Shown in pieces: positions 1 through 9,065 of a stretch of 64,000 nt of DNA. This stretch comes from Clostridia bacterium (GTDB taxonomy: Bacteria; Bacillota; Clostridia; UMGS1883). The notes under the pieces were generated by a model. The model was not told the origin of the DNA. It did not search any database and was given only the letters and a program-made list of their open reading frames with translations. The stretch covers positions 31,518 through 95,517 of the forward strand of contig JBJDXJ010000046.1 in the NCBI GenBank assembly GCA_051866635.1, written 5' to 3'. The translations under genes were made by a program, and so were the position numbers. Numbering within the stretch: the first letter of the stretch is position 1; every line of letters starts with the position of its first letter.

Positions 1-1052
1 TAGCAGTTCTCTTCTCCATCTTTACACTCTTTGCTTCCTTCGGTATAGGTGCAATGGGTCAGATTAACAAAATCGTTGTAAATATCGAATCTGCGTTTAA
101 GATTAATGCACTTTCCAATATTGAGCTTTATGAAGGCGTAACAGCATATTCCGTAATTTTAGGTGCAGTTCTTGTTATTATTGCCGCACTTATCACTCTT
201 GGTGGTCTTAAGAGAATTGCCGCCTTCGCAGAAAAAGTTGTTCCCTTCATGGTTGTGCTTTTCGTTACAGGCAGTATTTTATTAATCGGTATTAACTATG
301 CCTCCATTATTCCTGCATTTAAGGCAATCTTCACAACAGCTTTGGGTATTGATGCAGTTGCCGGCGGTACTGTAGGTGTTGTAGTTTCCAAGGTTGTTCA
401 GCAGGGCTTCAAGCGTGGCGTATTCAGTAACGAAGCAGGTTTAGGTTCCTCCGTTATGGTACACTCCAACTCCAACATTAAAGAACCTGTTAAGCAGGGT
501 ATGTGGGGTATATTCGAAGTATTTGCCGACACAATGGTAGTTTGTACAATGACAGCTCTCGTTGTTCTTACATCAGGTCTTTACAGCCTTGATACATTTA
601 CTCTTGCTGAAGGCGTTACAGATGCTACACTTGTTGCACAGGCGTTCAACTCTGTATTCAGCTACGCCGGTATCGGTGCTAAGTTTATTGCAATTGCAAT
701 TGCACTCTTTGCCTTCACAACAGTTCTCGGTTGGGACCACTATGGTTCTAAGGCTTGGGAATATCTTTTCGGTACAAAGTCCGTTCCCGTTTATAAGGTT
801 ATCCACCTTGTAACTATTATGTTCGGTGCTCTCCTTACATCCTCCCTTGCTTGGGATATATCCGATACATTCAACGGTTTGATGATGATTCCCAACCTTA
901 TCGGTGTAATTGTTCTTTCAGGCACTGTTTATAAGATTACAAAGAACTATATCGACAGAGAAGTTAAGCATAAGGATGTAAAGCCTATGCTCTCCGCCTT
1001 TGAAGATGTTCAGTCCCAGCAGGAAAAAGAATTAGAAAAAACTTCAAAGTAA
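1..1052 (+). CDS. Alanine/glycine:cation symporter (AlsT/AgcS family), 5'-truncated by window edge
   Basis: Frame is open from position 3 (AVLFSIFTLFASFGIGAM...); family motifs RGVFSNEAGLGS, FADTMVVCTMTALVVL, FNGLMMIPNLIG. Confidence 0.93.
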   Translation, partial: AVLFSIFTLFASFGIGAMGQINKIVVNIESAFKINALSNIELYEGVTAYSVILGAVLVIIAALITLGGLKRIAAFAEKVVPFMVVLFVTGSILLIGINYASIIPAFKAIFTTALGIDAVAGGTVGVVVSKVVQQGFKRGVFSNEAGLGSSVMVHSNSNIKEPVKQGMWGIFEVFADTMVVCTMTALVVLTSGLYSLDTFTLAEGVTDATLVAQAFNSVFSYAGIGAKFIAIAIALFAFTTVLGWDHYGSKAWEYLFGTKSVPVYKVIHLVTIMFGALLTSSLAWDISDTFNGLMMIPNLIGVIVLSGTVYKITKNYIDREVKHKDVKPMLSAFEDVQSQQEKELEKTSK

Positions 1053-1061
1053 TTTAATACA

Positions 1062-1103
1062 AAAAGAAACGCTCTAAAATTCTGAATTTTAGGGCGTTTT
1101 TTT
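1062..1103. terminator. Probable bidirectional intrinsic terminator
   Basis: AAACGCTCTAAAATTC-T-GAATTTTAGGGCGTTT hairpin with A and T tracts between convergent genes. Confidence 0.7.
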
Positions 1104-1418
1104 GTATTGAATAGAATTTTCCAAATAAGCCAGATTAGAAATATTGTCCATCAAAACAAAGTTCTCTTTGCCTACCGAATACTGAGAATTTATATAGTCG
1201 TACAAAGGTCTGTATTCAAGCAGATGGTCAAACTCCGGCAAGTTAAAATTGATTTGAATAATATTGTGATCGGGTACATTTTGTTCAACATAATTTCTAT
1301 ATGCTTCCAGTAGCTTCGATTTTCCACTACGGCGAACACCGGTAATGACCTTGATATCCGGAGTACCGATTACACTGATTAGTTTGTCTAAATACTGATT
1401 TCGAGTAATAAGTTTCAT
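1089..1418 (-). pseudogene. Truncated AAA_14-type ATP-binding protein (N-terminal fragment)
   Basis: Typical start ITRNQYLDKL...IKVITGVRRSGKS (Walker A); ORF ends shortly after the Walker B strand (FVLMD) at 109 aa, far shorter than the family norm. Confidence 0.75.
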
Positions 1419-1511
1419 TATTCTTCACCTCTCTGTACAGTATTATATCACAAATACTTTCCATTTTCAATGAATTCTCAAAAATGGTAAATAGAATTTT
1501 TAAATATTACG

Positions 1512-3014
1512 TTAATTCCGCAAATCTTTTCTTTCGTATAAGAAATATGTTCTGTCCTTTCCTTCAAAATAGAAGGATTCCTGTGCTACCACTTCGTACC
1601 CACATCCTATTACAAAATCATCTTGCTTGTCCTGACGCTTAACAACAAAGTCAACCTTTTTATCACGTATCAGGCTCTTCTGTTCATCATCCATACCGGG
1701 AACAAGAAGATTTGAACGGTAGAAGTATTTATTTATAGGTTTTATATCTGCCGCAAAATAAAAACCGCCATCTAAGAACTGATAATTCAAAAGGGTGGGA
1801 TTTTCCACCGAGTTTATTATTTTCGCAAATTTATACTGGGGCATATCCTCTTTTTTGTAGTCCATAAGATACACATTACTGCTTAAATTAAAGCACATAA
1901 CAAAACAGACAACCACACTTATAACAGGTAATATACACATGGAATAATCTTCTTTTTGCTTTTCTTCTTTCTCTTGCACATAAAAAAGGTTCAAACACTC
2001 ATCTGTCAAGCCAATGCTTAAAAATGCGAATACAGCTATTATCATAGCATAATATGAAAGGTAGCCCCCAAAATATATACCAAAGACTGCAGTTGTAAAC
2101 GATGCTAAAATAAGAGAGGCTTCCTTTGCCTTGCCCTTAAAAAGGTACACAGCAACGGCCACATAAATGGGAATAACAAGGGCATTGTTGTAATATGTCA
2201 TGTTCAAAACCCTTGTGTGTACATTTTTGAGTTTCTCGCCTAATGATGCTTCATCACCGTAAAGGAAAATATTGTCGTAAAAGTAAACTTCCCACAAGTC
2301 TTTTAAGGCACCGTTCACCATGAAGTACACAAAAACAGGCAAACTGACAATAAGAAAACCTGCAATATTCCAAAGTATATCAAAAACACACTGTTCTTTT
2401 TCTTTCTTATAAAGCCTGTAAATGATACAAGTCAGATACGCACCAATATAAAAGCCAACCATTGTGAACTTCATCCAGAAAACCACACCAACGCATGCAC
2501 CTGCAATTATATGTCCGGTCTTTGAAAGTTTCTCATCCTTCATTATGCGAAGAAAATAATAAAGGCTGTAGCTTAAGGGCAATAGTGCCAATTCCTCACA
2601 GCTTCCGCCATGTGTAAATGCTTTTGTCGTTAAAATAATAAGTGCTTGCACTGGCATCAATGTGTAAATGACCCACTTGTTTTTTATAAAAAGCTTTGCA
2701 CTTTGCATGGAGAAAAACAACAGCCCTGAAATGCTTATTATTTCAAAAAGCCATACCCCAATAAATGAAGTGGAGGATATAAACGATGAAAGCATAAATA
2801 TAAAATATAACCAAGGTCCCTTGTGGTCAAATATATCCTTGTATAAAACTGCACCATCGCCCATTGATTTGCCTACCGTAAAAATACAGTCCGTGTCCAC
2901 CCAGTCATTCATGGGGTACAATGGTGAGCTTTTAGAGCATACAAGTAAAAATAAAATTGCCACAACTAAGGAAAAGCCTGCTTCTAATAATGTTATCTTT
3001 TTATTTTTGCACAT
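1512..3014 (-). CDS. Polytopic GT-C fold glycosyltransferase (GtrC/ArnT-like)
   Basis: About 12 hydrophobic segments; LYKDIFDHKGP motif in the first external loop; follows GT2 and GtrA genes; RBS GAGGTG before ATG 3014. Confidence 0.8.
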   Translation of the reverse strand: MCKNKKITLLEAGFSLVVAILFLLVCSKSSPLYPMNDWVDTDCIFTVGKSMGDGAVLYKDIFDHKGPWLYFIFMLSSFISSTSFIGVWLFEIISISGLLFFSMQSAKLFIKNKWVIYTLMPVQALIILTTKAFTHGGSCEELALLPLSYSLYYFLRIMKDEKLSKTGHIIAGACVGVVFWMKFTMVGFYIGAYLTCIIYRLYKKEKEQCVFDILWNIAGFLIVSLPVFVYFMVNGALKDLWEVYFYDNIFLYGDEASLGEKLKNVHTRVLNMTYYNNALVIPIYVAVAVYLFKGKAKEASLILASFTTAVFGIYFGGYLSYYAMIIAVFAFLSIGLTDECLNLFYVQEKEEKQKEDYSMCILPVISVVVCFVMCFNLSSNVYLMDYKKEDMPQYKFAKIINSVENPTLLNYQFLDGGFYFAADIKPINKYFYRSNLLVPGMDDEQKSLIRDKKVDFVVKRQDKQDDFVIGCGYEVVAQESFYFEGKDRTYFLYERKDLRN

Positions 3015-3420
3015 TTTTTCCACCTCTGAACACAATAAACTTGCTTAAAACATAATTTATTATAATTACAATCACATTTGTAAAAAGTTTCATATAAGTT
3101 CCGTTGAAATGAAAAATGTCCACCAAAAGCCACATCATCCCCACTTCTATGACGCCTGTGCCTATTCTGCACAGAAAAAAGTTTACCGCTTCGCCTAAAG
3201 CTTCTTTATTTTTCTTTTTGCTTTCAAACACAAACAGCTTATTTGTTACAAAAGCAAAGGTAACTGCAATAACCCATGCAATGACTGTGCTTACAACATT
3301 AATTATATGTAATTTGTCATATGCAATGTGGTAGGAAATAACGTTTATAACAGTTGTCATTACTCCGAAAACCAAATATAAAATTATACCTTTATACCTT
3401 TTCAGTAACTCTTTAATCAT
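3001..3420 (-). CDS. GtrA family flippase
   Basis: YLVFGVMTTVIN, FAFVTNKLFVF, NYVLSKFIVF motifs; 4 TM helices. Confidence 0.92.
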   Translation of the reverse strand: MIKELLKRYKGIILYLVFGVMTTVINVISYHIAYDKLHIINVVSTVIAWVIAVTFAFVTNKLFVFESKKKNKEALGEAVNFFLCRIGTGVIEVGMMWLLVDIFHFNGTYMKLFTNVIVIIINYVLSKFIVFRGGKNVQK

Positions 3421-3436
3421 TTTTTGTCTGCTCCCA

Positions 3437-4156
3437 TTAAATATCGTCAAGTGTTTTATTTATCTTAATAAAATCCACCACAGCTTTTTCCCCGATTTTG
3501 AAGATTTTGGGCAGATTAATGGAATTTACCCCACCTTGCCTGGGGCGGAATGTTATGGGGATAAACTTAACCTTAAGCTTCTTTTTTACATATATAACAG
3601 ACAAAATCACATTTGACAGATTAAATCCCTCAGGTATATATTTTATGTATTTGCCAAGGGTATCTGCCTTCATCAATCTAAAAGGAGTGTTTGCATCCGT
3701 AACTGTTACACCAAAACATATTTTTAAAACTGCCTTTAACACAAAGGTAACCATTTTTCGTGACAAACCGTCCTCACGCTTATTACGGTTACCTATGACC
3801 AAATCATAATCATACCTTAAATCCCAGAACTTATGAAATTCAGAAGATAAAGTCTGCCCATCGGAATCTGTCTGGAAAATAAAATCTGCCCCATTTTCAA
3901 GGGCGTAATTATATCCGTACAAAAGGGTTGCACCATGCCCTCCGTTTTCCTTTGTAAGCGGCAAAAAAAGAGGCTTGTCCTTCCCGTATTCGCACATTAT
4001 CTCATAAGTATCGTCACGACTGCCATCGTTTATTATAACAAGCCTTGATTGCCCGCCACAGTTGTATTTTTCCACAATGGGGTACCAGTCAGCAATAACC
4101 GATTTTATATTTTCCCTTTCGTTATATGCCGGAATAATTATGTATAATTTATCCAT
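3437..4156 (-). CDS. Glycosyltransferase family 2 (polyprenyl-phosphate glycosyltransferase, GtrB/DPM1-like)
   Basis: IIIPAYNE, INDGSRD, NGGHG, QTDSDGQ motifs. Confidence 0.92.
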   Translation of the reverse strand: MDKLYIIIPAYNERENIKSVIADWYPIVEKYNCGGQSRLVIINDGSRDDTYEIMCEYGKDKPLFLPLTKENGGHGATLLYGYNYALENGADFIFQTDSDGQTLSSEFHKFWDLRYDYDLVIGNRNKREDGLSRKMVTFVLKAVLKICFGVTVTDANTPFRLMKADTLGKYIKYIPEGFNLSNVILSVIYVKKKLKVKFIPITFRPRQGGVNSINLPKIFKIGEKAVVDFIKINKTLDDI

Positions 4157-4245
4157 GTTAACACCTTCTTTTACTCATGGACTATATTCTACCATATAAT
4201 ATACGTAAGTGCAAATGTTTTTATAGAATTTATACTATATTATGC

Positions 4246-4274
4246 TTGACAACTTTTTCTGCATATGATAGTAT
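4246..4274 (+). promoter_or_regulatory. SigA-type promoter
   Basis: TTGACA-17 nt-TAGTAT with extended -10 TG. Confidence 0.6.
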
Positions 4275-4311
4275 AAAATTACAAAATATTACAAATTCAG
4301 GAGGGTATTTT

Positions 4312-4926
4312 ATGGACAGAGTTACATTGAAGAAAACTGCGTTGGAACAGATTAAGGGCAAAATAGGACTTTTGTTCCTTATTGGGCTTATTCAAGTGGG
4401 ATTTTCGATAGTTTTATCGTTTATTCCTGTGGTGGGAAATATCGTGTACAGCTTTGTTTTTGCACCTGCGTTCTTTCTTTCCGAGGCAATAATTTATTTA
4501 AAGCTTGTTAATGGGGAAGCATTTTCCGTGTCAGATGTTTTCGCAGGCTTTTATGATTTGTGGTCTGCTATAAAGGTTAGCTTTTTTATTACACTTTTTA
4601 CATTTTTGTGGAGCCTTCTTTTCTTCATTCCCGGTATAATTAAGGGTATATCATACTCCATGTCTATGTATATTTTAGCTGAAAATAAAGGCATGGGTGC
4701 CCTTGAAGCAATTAGCCGTTCCAAGAAAATGATGCACGGTCATAAGATGGATTTCTTCGTTCTCCGGCTTTCTTTCTTAGGTTGGATAATTTTAGGTATT
4801 TTCACACTGGGTATTCTTTACATCTGGCTTGTCCCCTATATGAATGCAGCTTATCTTAACTTCTACAACAGCATTAAGCCTCACAACGAAACTCAGAGCG
4901 TTAATGACGATTTTATCAGGGAATAA
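4312..4926 (+). CDS. DUF975 family membrane protein
   Basis: LWSLLFFIPGIIKGISYSM, SRSKKMMHGHKMDFF, WLVPY motifs; RBS GGAGGG before ATG 4312. Confidence 0.88.
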   Translation: MDRVTLKKTALEQIKGKIGLLFLIGLIQVGFSIVLSFIPVVGNIVYSFVFAPAFFLSEAIIYLKLVNGEAFSVSDVFAGFYDLWSAIKVSFFITLFTFLWSLLFFIPGIIKGISYSMSMYILAENKGMGALEAISRSKKMMHGHKMDFFVLRLSFLGWIILGIFTLGILYIWLVPYMNAAYLNFYNSIKPHNETQSVNDDFIRE

Positions 4927-4938
4927 AAGTGAATGGTA

Positions 4939-4980
4939 GAAAAAAACGACAACTTTCGAAATAAAGTTGTCGTTTTTTTT
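4939..4980 (+). terminator. Intrinsic terminator
   Basis: AAAACGACAACTTT-loop-AAAGTTGTCGTTTTTTTT. Confidence 0.75.
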
Positions 4981-5046
4981 GTAAAAGCCAAACAATTTAG
5001 TTATCCGTGTTATTTATTAGATTATGCTATAAATTTATCTTCATTA

Positions 5047-5144
5047 GCGAAATATGCCTTTTACATTTGCGAAGCAAATATTTCACAACGAAGTTATTTC
5101 ACAATGCGTTAGCATTATTTCACACGCCGTAAGGCGTATTTCGT
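5047..5144. repeat. Array of four short hairpins separated by ATTTCAC, enclosed by 14-bp imperfect inverted repeats
   Basis: ATTTGCGAAGCAAAT-ATTTCAC-AACGAAGTT-ATTTCAC-AATGCGTTAGCATT-ATTTCAC-ACGCCGTAAGGCGT-ATTTC; ends GCGAAATATGCCTT / AAGGCGTATTTCGT. Confidence 0.8.
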
Positions 5145-5345
5145 TAAAAAAATGACTTGTCGAAACAAGTCGTTTTTTCTGGTGGATCTTTAGTTCGTAC
5201 GTTAAGAAAACAGTCCGGTGGACTGTTTTTAGTCCGAAGTCCCTGCGTGCTGAAAACGAGCAACTCTTTGCGATGTTTGAAGCCGCCCGAAGGGAAGATT
5301 CACCAAAAAATGCCCTTTTGCATTGGCATGCAAAAGGGCATTTTT

Positions 5346-5422
5346 TGGTGGATCTTCAGGGACTCGAACCCCGGACCGACCGGTTATGAGCCGGTAGCTC
5401 TAACCAACTGAGCTAAAGATCC
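5346..5422 (-). tRNA. tRNA-Ile2 (CAT anticodon, lysidine type); tRNA-Met less likely
   Basis: Reverse complement GGATCTTTAGCTCAGTTGGTTAGAGC...CTCATAA...GTTCGAGTCCCTGAAGATCCACCA; resembles Firmicute tRNA-Ile2. Confidence 0.93.
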
Positions 5423-5424
5423 GT

Positions 5425-5500
5425 TGGCTCCTCCAGCTGGACTTGAACCAGCGACATCATGATTAACAGTCATGCGCTCTACCGACTGAGCTATAGAGGA
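5425..5500 (-). tRNA. tRNA-Asn (GTT)
   Basis: Reverse complement TCCTCTATAGCTCAGTCGGTAGAGCGCATGACTGTTAATCATG...GTTCAAGTCCAGCTGGAGGAGCCA. Confidence 0.96.
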
Positions 5501-5522
5501 ATATTATTAAATCAGCTTTTTT

Positions 5523-5551
5523 ATTATAATACCATCAATAGATTTTGTCAA
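5523..5551 (-). promoter_or_regulatory. Consensus SigA promoter for the tRNA pair
   Basis: Reverse complement TTGACA-17 nt-TATAAT. Confidence 0.8.
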
Positions 5552-5683
5552 GGGGAAATGTTAAATTTTTTAGTAAATTTTTTAAATTTTCACCAAACTT
5601 TAACTTTACTTTTGCTTCAGTCGGTGTTATAATTCATTTTTGGTGTAGGACACCATATATTTTATTATAAGGAAGCGATCAAA

Positions 5684-6976
5684 ATGTCAAGTATTTTATT
5701 ATCTGTTTCCATTGCCCTCTTGGGCGGTCTTTTGATGACTCGTGCGTTTAAGCCTTTGAAATTACCTTCTGTAACGGCATATCTTATTGCCGGTGTCCTT
5801 ATAGGACCTTATTGCATAGGCAGAATCGGTATTTCCGGTATCGGCTTTAACACAATGGAGGCTGTAGAAGCTTTAGGTATTATCTCCGAAGTTGCATTAG
5901 GCTTTATTGCCTTTTCAATCGGTAGTGAGTTCAGATTAAATGATTTGAAGAAAACAGGTAAGCAGGCAGTTGTAATAGGTATTTTTCAGGCTGTAGCTGC
6001 AACTATTTTAGTTGATTTAGCTCTTTATGTACTGTATCTTTTAATTCTGGGTGCGATTACTGTTCCCCAGCTTTTGACTTTAGGTGCAATCGCTACTGCA
6101 ACAGCACCTGCGGCAACACTTATGGTTGTAAGACAGTACAAGGCAAAGGGTCCTTTGACAAACCTTCTTTTGCCCATCGTTGCATTGGACGATGCTGTTG
6201 GTCTTGTAGTATTTGCCGTATCCTTCGGCATTGCAAAAACACTTATTTCAGGCACTGTTGACATGGTTTCTATCATTGTTAACCCCTTGGTTGAAATTGT
6301 TGCATCTCTCCTTTTAGGTTCTGTTATGGGTTGGCTTCTTACTCAGCTTGAAAAGATGTTCAACTCCAACACAAACAGACTTAACATGACAATTGCTTTT
6401 GTTATGATGACAGTTGCACTTTCCAAGTTGGAGTTTCATATAGGACCTGTACACATAGCATTTTCTTCACTTCTTGTATGTATGATGCTCGGTACAATTT
6501 TCTGCAACATCTGTCCCCTTTCTCATGATTTAATGGGCAGATCCGATAAGTGGACATCTCCTCTTTCCGCACTTTTCTTTGTTATCAGCGGTGCAGAATT
6601 GGAACTTAGTGTATTTACAAGTGCAATCGTTGTTTTAATCGGCGTTGTTTATATTGTATTCCGTTCCTTGGGTAAATATTTTGGTTCTTTTGTAAGTGCA
6701 AAGTTTACAAAGTGTGAACCTAATATATGCAAGTACTTAGGTATTACACTTCTTCCCCAGGCAGGTGTGGCATTGGGTATGTGCACATTGGCGGCAGAAG
6801 GACTTGGTGCAGATGGTACTCTTGTTCGTAACATAACACTTTTTGCAGTTCTTGTTTATGAACTTGTCGGTCCTTTGTTGACCCGTATGGCACTTACAGC
6901 CGCAGGTGATATTAAGCCCATGAGCGAAGAAGTAAAGATGAGAAGACATAACATGTTAAAAGAAGTAAATAAGTAA
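5684..6976 (+). CDS. Cation:proton antiporter (Na_H_Exchanger superfamily)
   Basis: ATATAPAAT, IVALDDAVG, LLPQAGVALG motifs; about 12 TM helices. Confidence 0.9.
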   Translation: MSSILLSVSIALLGGLLMTRAFKPLKLPSVTAYLIAGVLIGPYCIGRIGISGIGFNTMEAVEALGIISEVALGFIAFSIGSEFRLNDLKKTGKQAVVIGIFQAVAATILVDLALYVLYLLILGAITVPQLLTLGAIATATAPAATLMVVRQYKAKGPLTNLLLPIVALDDAVGLVVFAVSFGIAKTLISGTVDMVSIIVNPLVEIVASLLLGSVMGWLLTQLEKMFNSNTNRLNMTIAFVMMTVALSKLEFHIGPVHIAFSSLLVCMMLGTIFCNICPLSHDLMGRSDKWTSPLSALFFVISGAELELSVFTSAIVVLIGVVYIVFRSLGKYFGSFVSAKFTKCEPNICKYLGITLLPQAGVALGMCTLAAEGLGADGTLVRNITLFAVLVYELVGPLLTRMALTAAGDIKPMSEEVKMRRHNMLKEVNK

Positions 6977-7133
6977 TTATTCTGAGCTGTTGCAGAGAAG
7001 ATTTCATAATTCTCGGTAGCAGCTCAATTTCTTTCTTTTAAAATTTTTATTTACATTTTAATTCTTTTATAGTATAATTACTTTGCATTTAAATATAGAA
7101 AAACATCTGACTCTTTAAAATTGGAGGTTTGTT

Positions 7134-8900
7134 ATGGACATATTCTCAATACTTACACTTGCCGGGGGTCTGGCATTGTTTTTGTACGGTATGGACGTAA
7201 TGACAGACAGTCTGAAAAAGTTAGCAGGCGGTAAGCTTGAGTTGATTCTTTCAAAGCTTACTTCAAACAGGTTCATCGGTTTCCTGCTGGGCTTTTTTGT
7301 AACTGCCGTTATTCAGTCTTCCTCTGCCACAACGGTTATGTTAGTTGGTTTTGTAAACTCAGGTATTATGAAGTTAGGGCAGACTATTTCCGTTATCATG
7401 GGTGCCAACGTAGGTACTACCGTTACATCCTGGCTTTTAAGTTTGTCAGGTATTGGAGGTTCAGGTCCTTTATGGCTTCAGCTTTTAAAGCCTTCTTCAT
7501 TTACACCTGTACTTATCGTAATCGGTGTAATAATGCTTATGACTTGTAAGTCCGACAAAAAGAAAAACATTGCAACTATTTTAGTAGGTTTTTCCGTTCT
7601 TATGTTCGGTATGGAAATGATGAGCGATGCAATGAGCGGTTTAAAGGACAGCGAGGCTTTCCGTAACCTTCTTATCACATTTGAAAATCCCATTCTTGCA
7701 ATTTTAGCCGGTACTTTGCTCACTGCTGTAATTCAGTCATCTTCCGCATCTATCGGTATTTTGCAGGCATTGGCACTTTCCTGTGATATACCCTTTGCTG
7801 TTGCCGTTCCCATTATCTTAGGTCAGAACATAGGCACAACAATTACGCCTATTCTTTCATCAATTACAGGTAATACCGAGTCAAAGCGTGTTGCAACCGC
7901 CTGTCTTTACATAAAGATTTTAGGCGTTGGCATTGTTTACACATTGTTCTGTATCCTTAACGGTATTTTTGATTTTTCCTTTATGTCAGGCAATGCTACC
8001 ATTGCAAGTATCGCTGTTATACACACATCCTTCAACGTTATTTCTTCATTCATTCTTATCTTCTTCTGTAAGCCTATTGAAATGCTTTCAATTAAGACTA
8101 TCAGATCCAGAAAGGTTGAAGAAGTTTCCGAGTTTGGCATTCTGGATGATAGATTTCTTTCTATCCCCTCCTTCGCTGTTGAAAAGTGTCGTGAGATGGT
8201 TTGCGAAATGTCAAACAAAGCAAAGGATGCCGTTATCAATGCAACAAGTTTAATTGAGAATTACGAAAAAGAACGTGTTGAAAAAATTATCGAAAGTGAA
8301 AACCTTATCGACGTTTATGAAGATAAAATCAGCACATATCTTGTTAAAATCGCAAAATCTGACCTTTCTTCAAAAGACAGTAAGACAACAACAGAGCTTC
8401 TTCAATGTATAAGTGATATTGAGCGTATTTCTGACTATGCGGCTATTATTTCCGGAAACATTGATGAAATTAACAGAAACCACTTAAAGTTTTCCGATTC
8501 TGCAATGTTTGAGCTTAAGACTATTGCTTCCGCAGTAACAGAGCTTTTAGGTTATACTCACAATGCACTTTTAAATAATGACCTTGAAGTAGCAAGAGAA
8601 GTTGAACCCTTGAGACAGGTTGTTGACAGGTTAAAGGTTAAGATTAAGACAAATCATGTTGTACGCCTTCAGGAAGGAAAATGTTCCATTGAAATGGGTC
8701 TTATCCTTTCCGACCTTTTGAACAACTATTCCCGTATTGCGGACCACTGTTCAAATGTTGCGGTCTGCCTTTTGGAAAGTGCCCGCGGCAGTATGGAAGC
8801 ACACGGTTATCTTAACACTGTTGTTAACTCCGATGAGGACAAGTTCTTTACAGAAAAGTACAGACATTACAAGGATAAGTATTCAATAACAGCTAACTAA
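7134..8900 (+). CDS. Na/Pi cotransporter family protein with C-terminal PhoU-like domains
   Basis: Duplicated TAVIQSSSA motifs, GANVGTT and GQNIGTT; DIERISDY and RIADHCSNVA PhoU-like repeats. Confidence 0.93.
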   Translation: MDIFSILTLAGGLALFLYGMDVMTDSLKKLAGGKLELILSKLTSNRFIGFLLGFFVTAVIQSSSATTVMLVGFVNSGIMKLGQTISVIMGANVGTTVTSWLLSLSGIGGSGPLWLQLLKPSSFTPVLIVIGVIMLMTCKSDKKKNIATILVGFSVLMFGMEMMSDAMSGLKDSEAFRNLLITFENPILAILAGTLLTAVIQSSSASIGILQALALSCDIPFAVAVPIILGQNIGTTITPILSSITGNTESKRVATACLYIKILGVGIVYTLFCILNGIFDFSFMSGNATIASIAVIHTSFNVISSFILIFFCKPIEMLSIKTIRSRKVEEVSEFGILDDRFLSIPSFAVEKCREMVCEMSNKAKDAVINATSLIENYEKERVEKIIESENLIDVYEDKISTYLVKIAKSDLSSKDSKTTTELLQCISDIERISDYAAIISGNIDEINRNHLKFSDSAMFELKTIASAVTELLGYTHNALLNNDLEVAREVEPLRQVVDRLKVKIKTNHVVRLQEGKCSIEMGLILSDLLNNYSRIADHCSNVAVCLLESARGSMEAHGYLNTVVNSDEDKFFTEKYRHYKDKYSITAN

Positions 8901-8912
8901 TACTAATAATTC

Positions 8913-8949
8913 AAACACCTCAAAGTTTTCCGCTTTGAGGTGTTTTTTT
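8913..8949 (+). terminator. Intrinsic terminator
   Basis: AAACACCTCAAAG-loop-CTTTGAGGTGTTTTTTT. Confidence 0.75.
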
Positions 8950-9065
8950 CCTTAGATTTATATAAAAAATTTACTTTTTTACAAAAAATTCATTATATTT
9001 AACTTGCAGGTTGTATATATTTCTGTTAAAATTACTATTAGTGTATTAAGTTAGGAGATAAAAAT

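Noticed and set aside
5047-5144. CRISPR array
   Set aside because: The constant unit is only 7 bp, the variable units are 9-15-bp palindromes, and no cas genes are present
5157-5411. 84-aa ORF
   Set aside because: Antisense to tRNA-Ile2 and runs through palindromic repeats; no RBS
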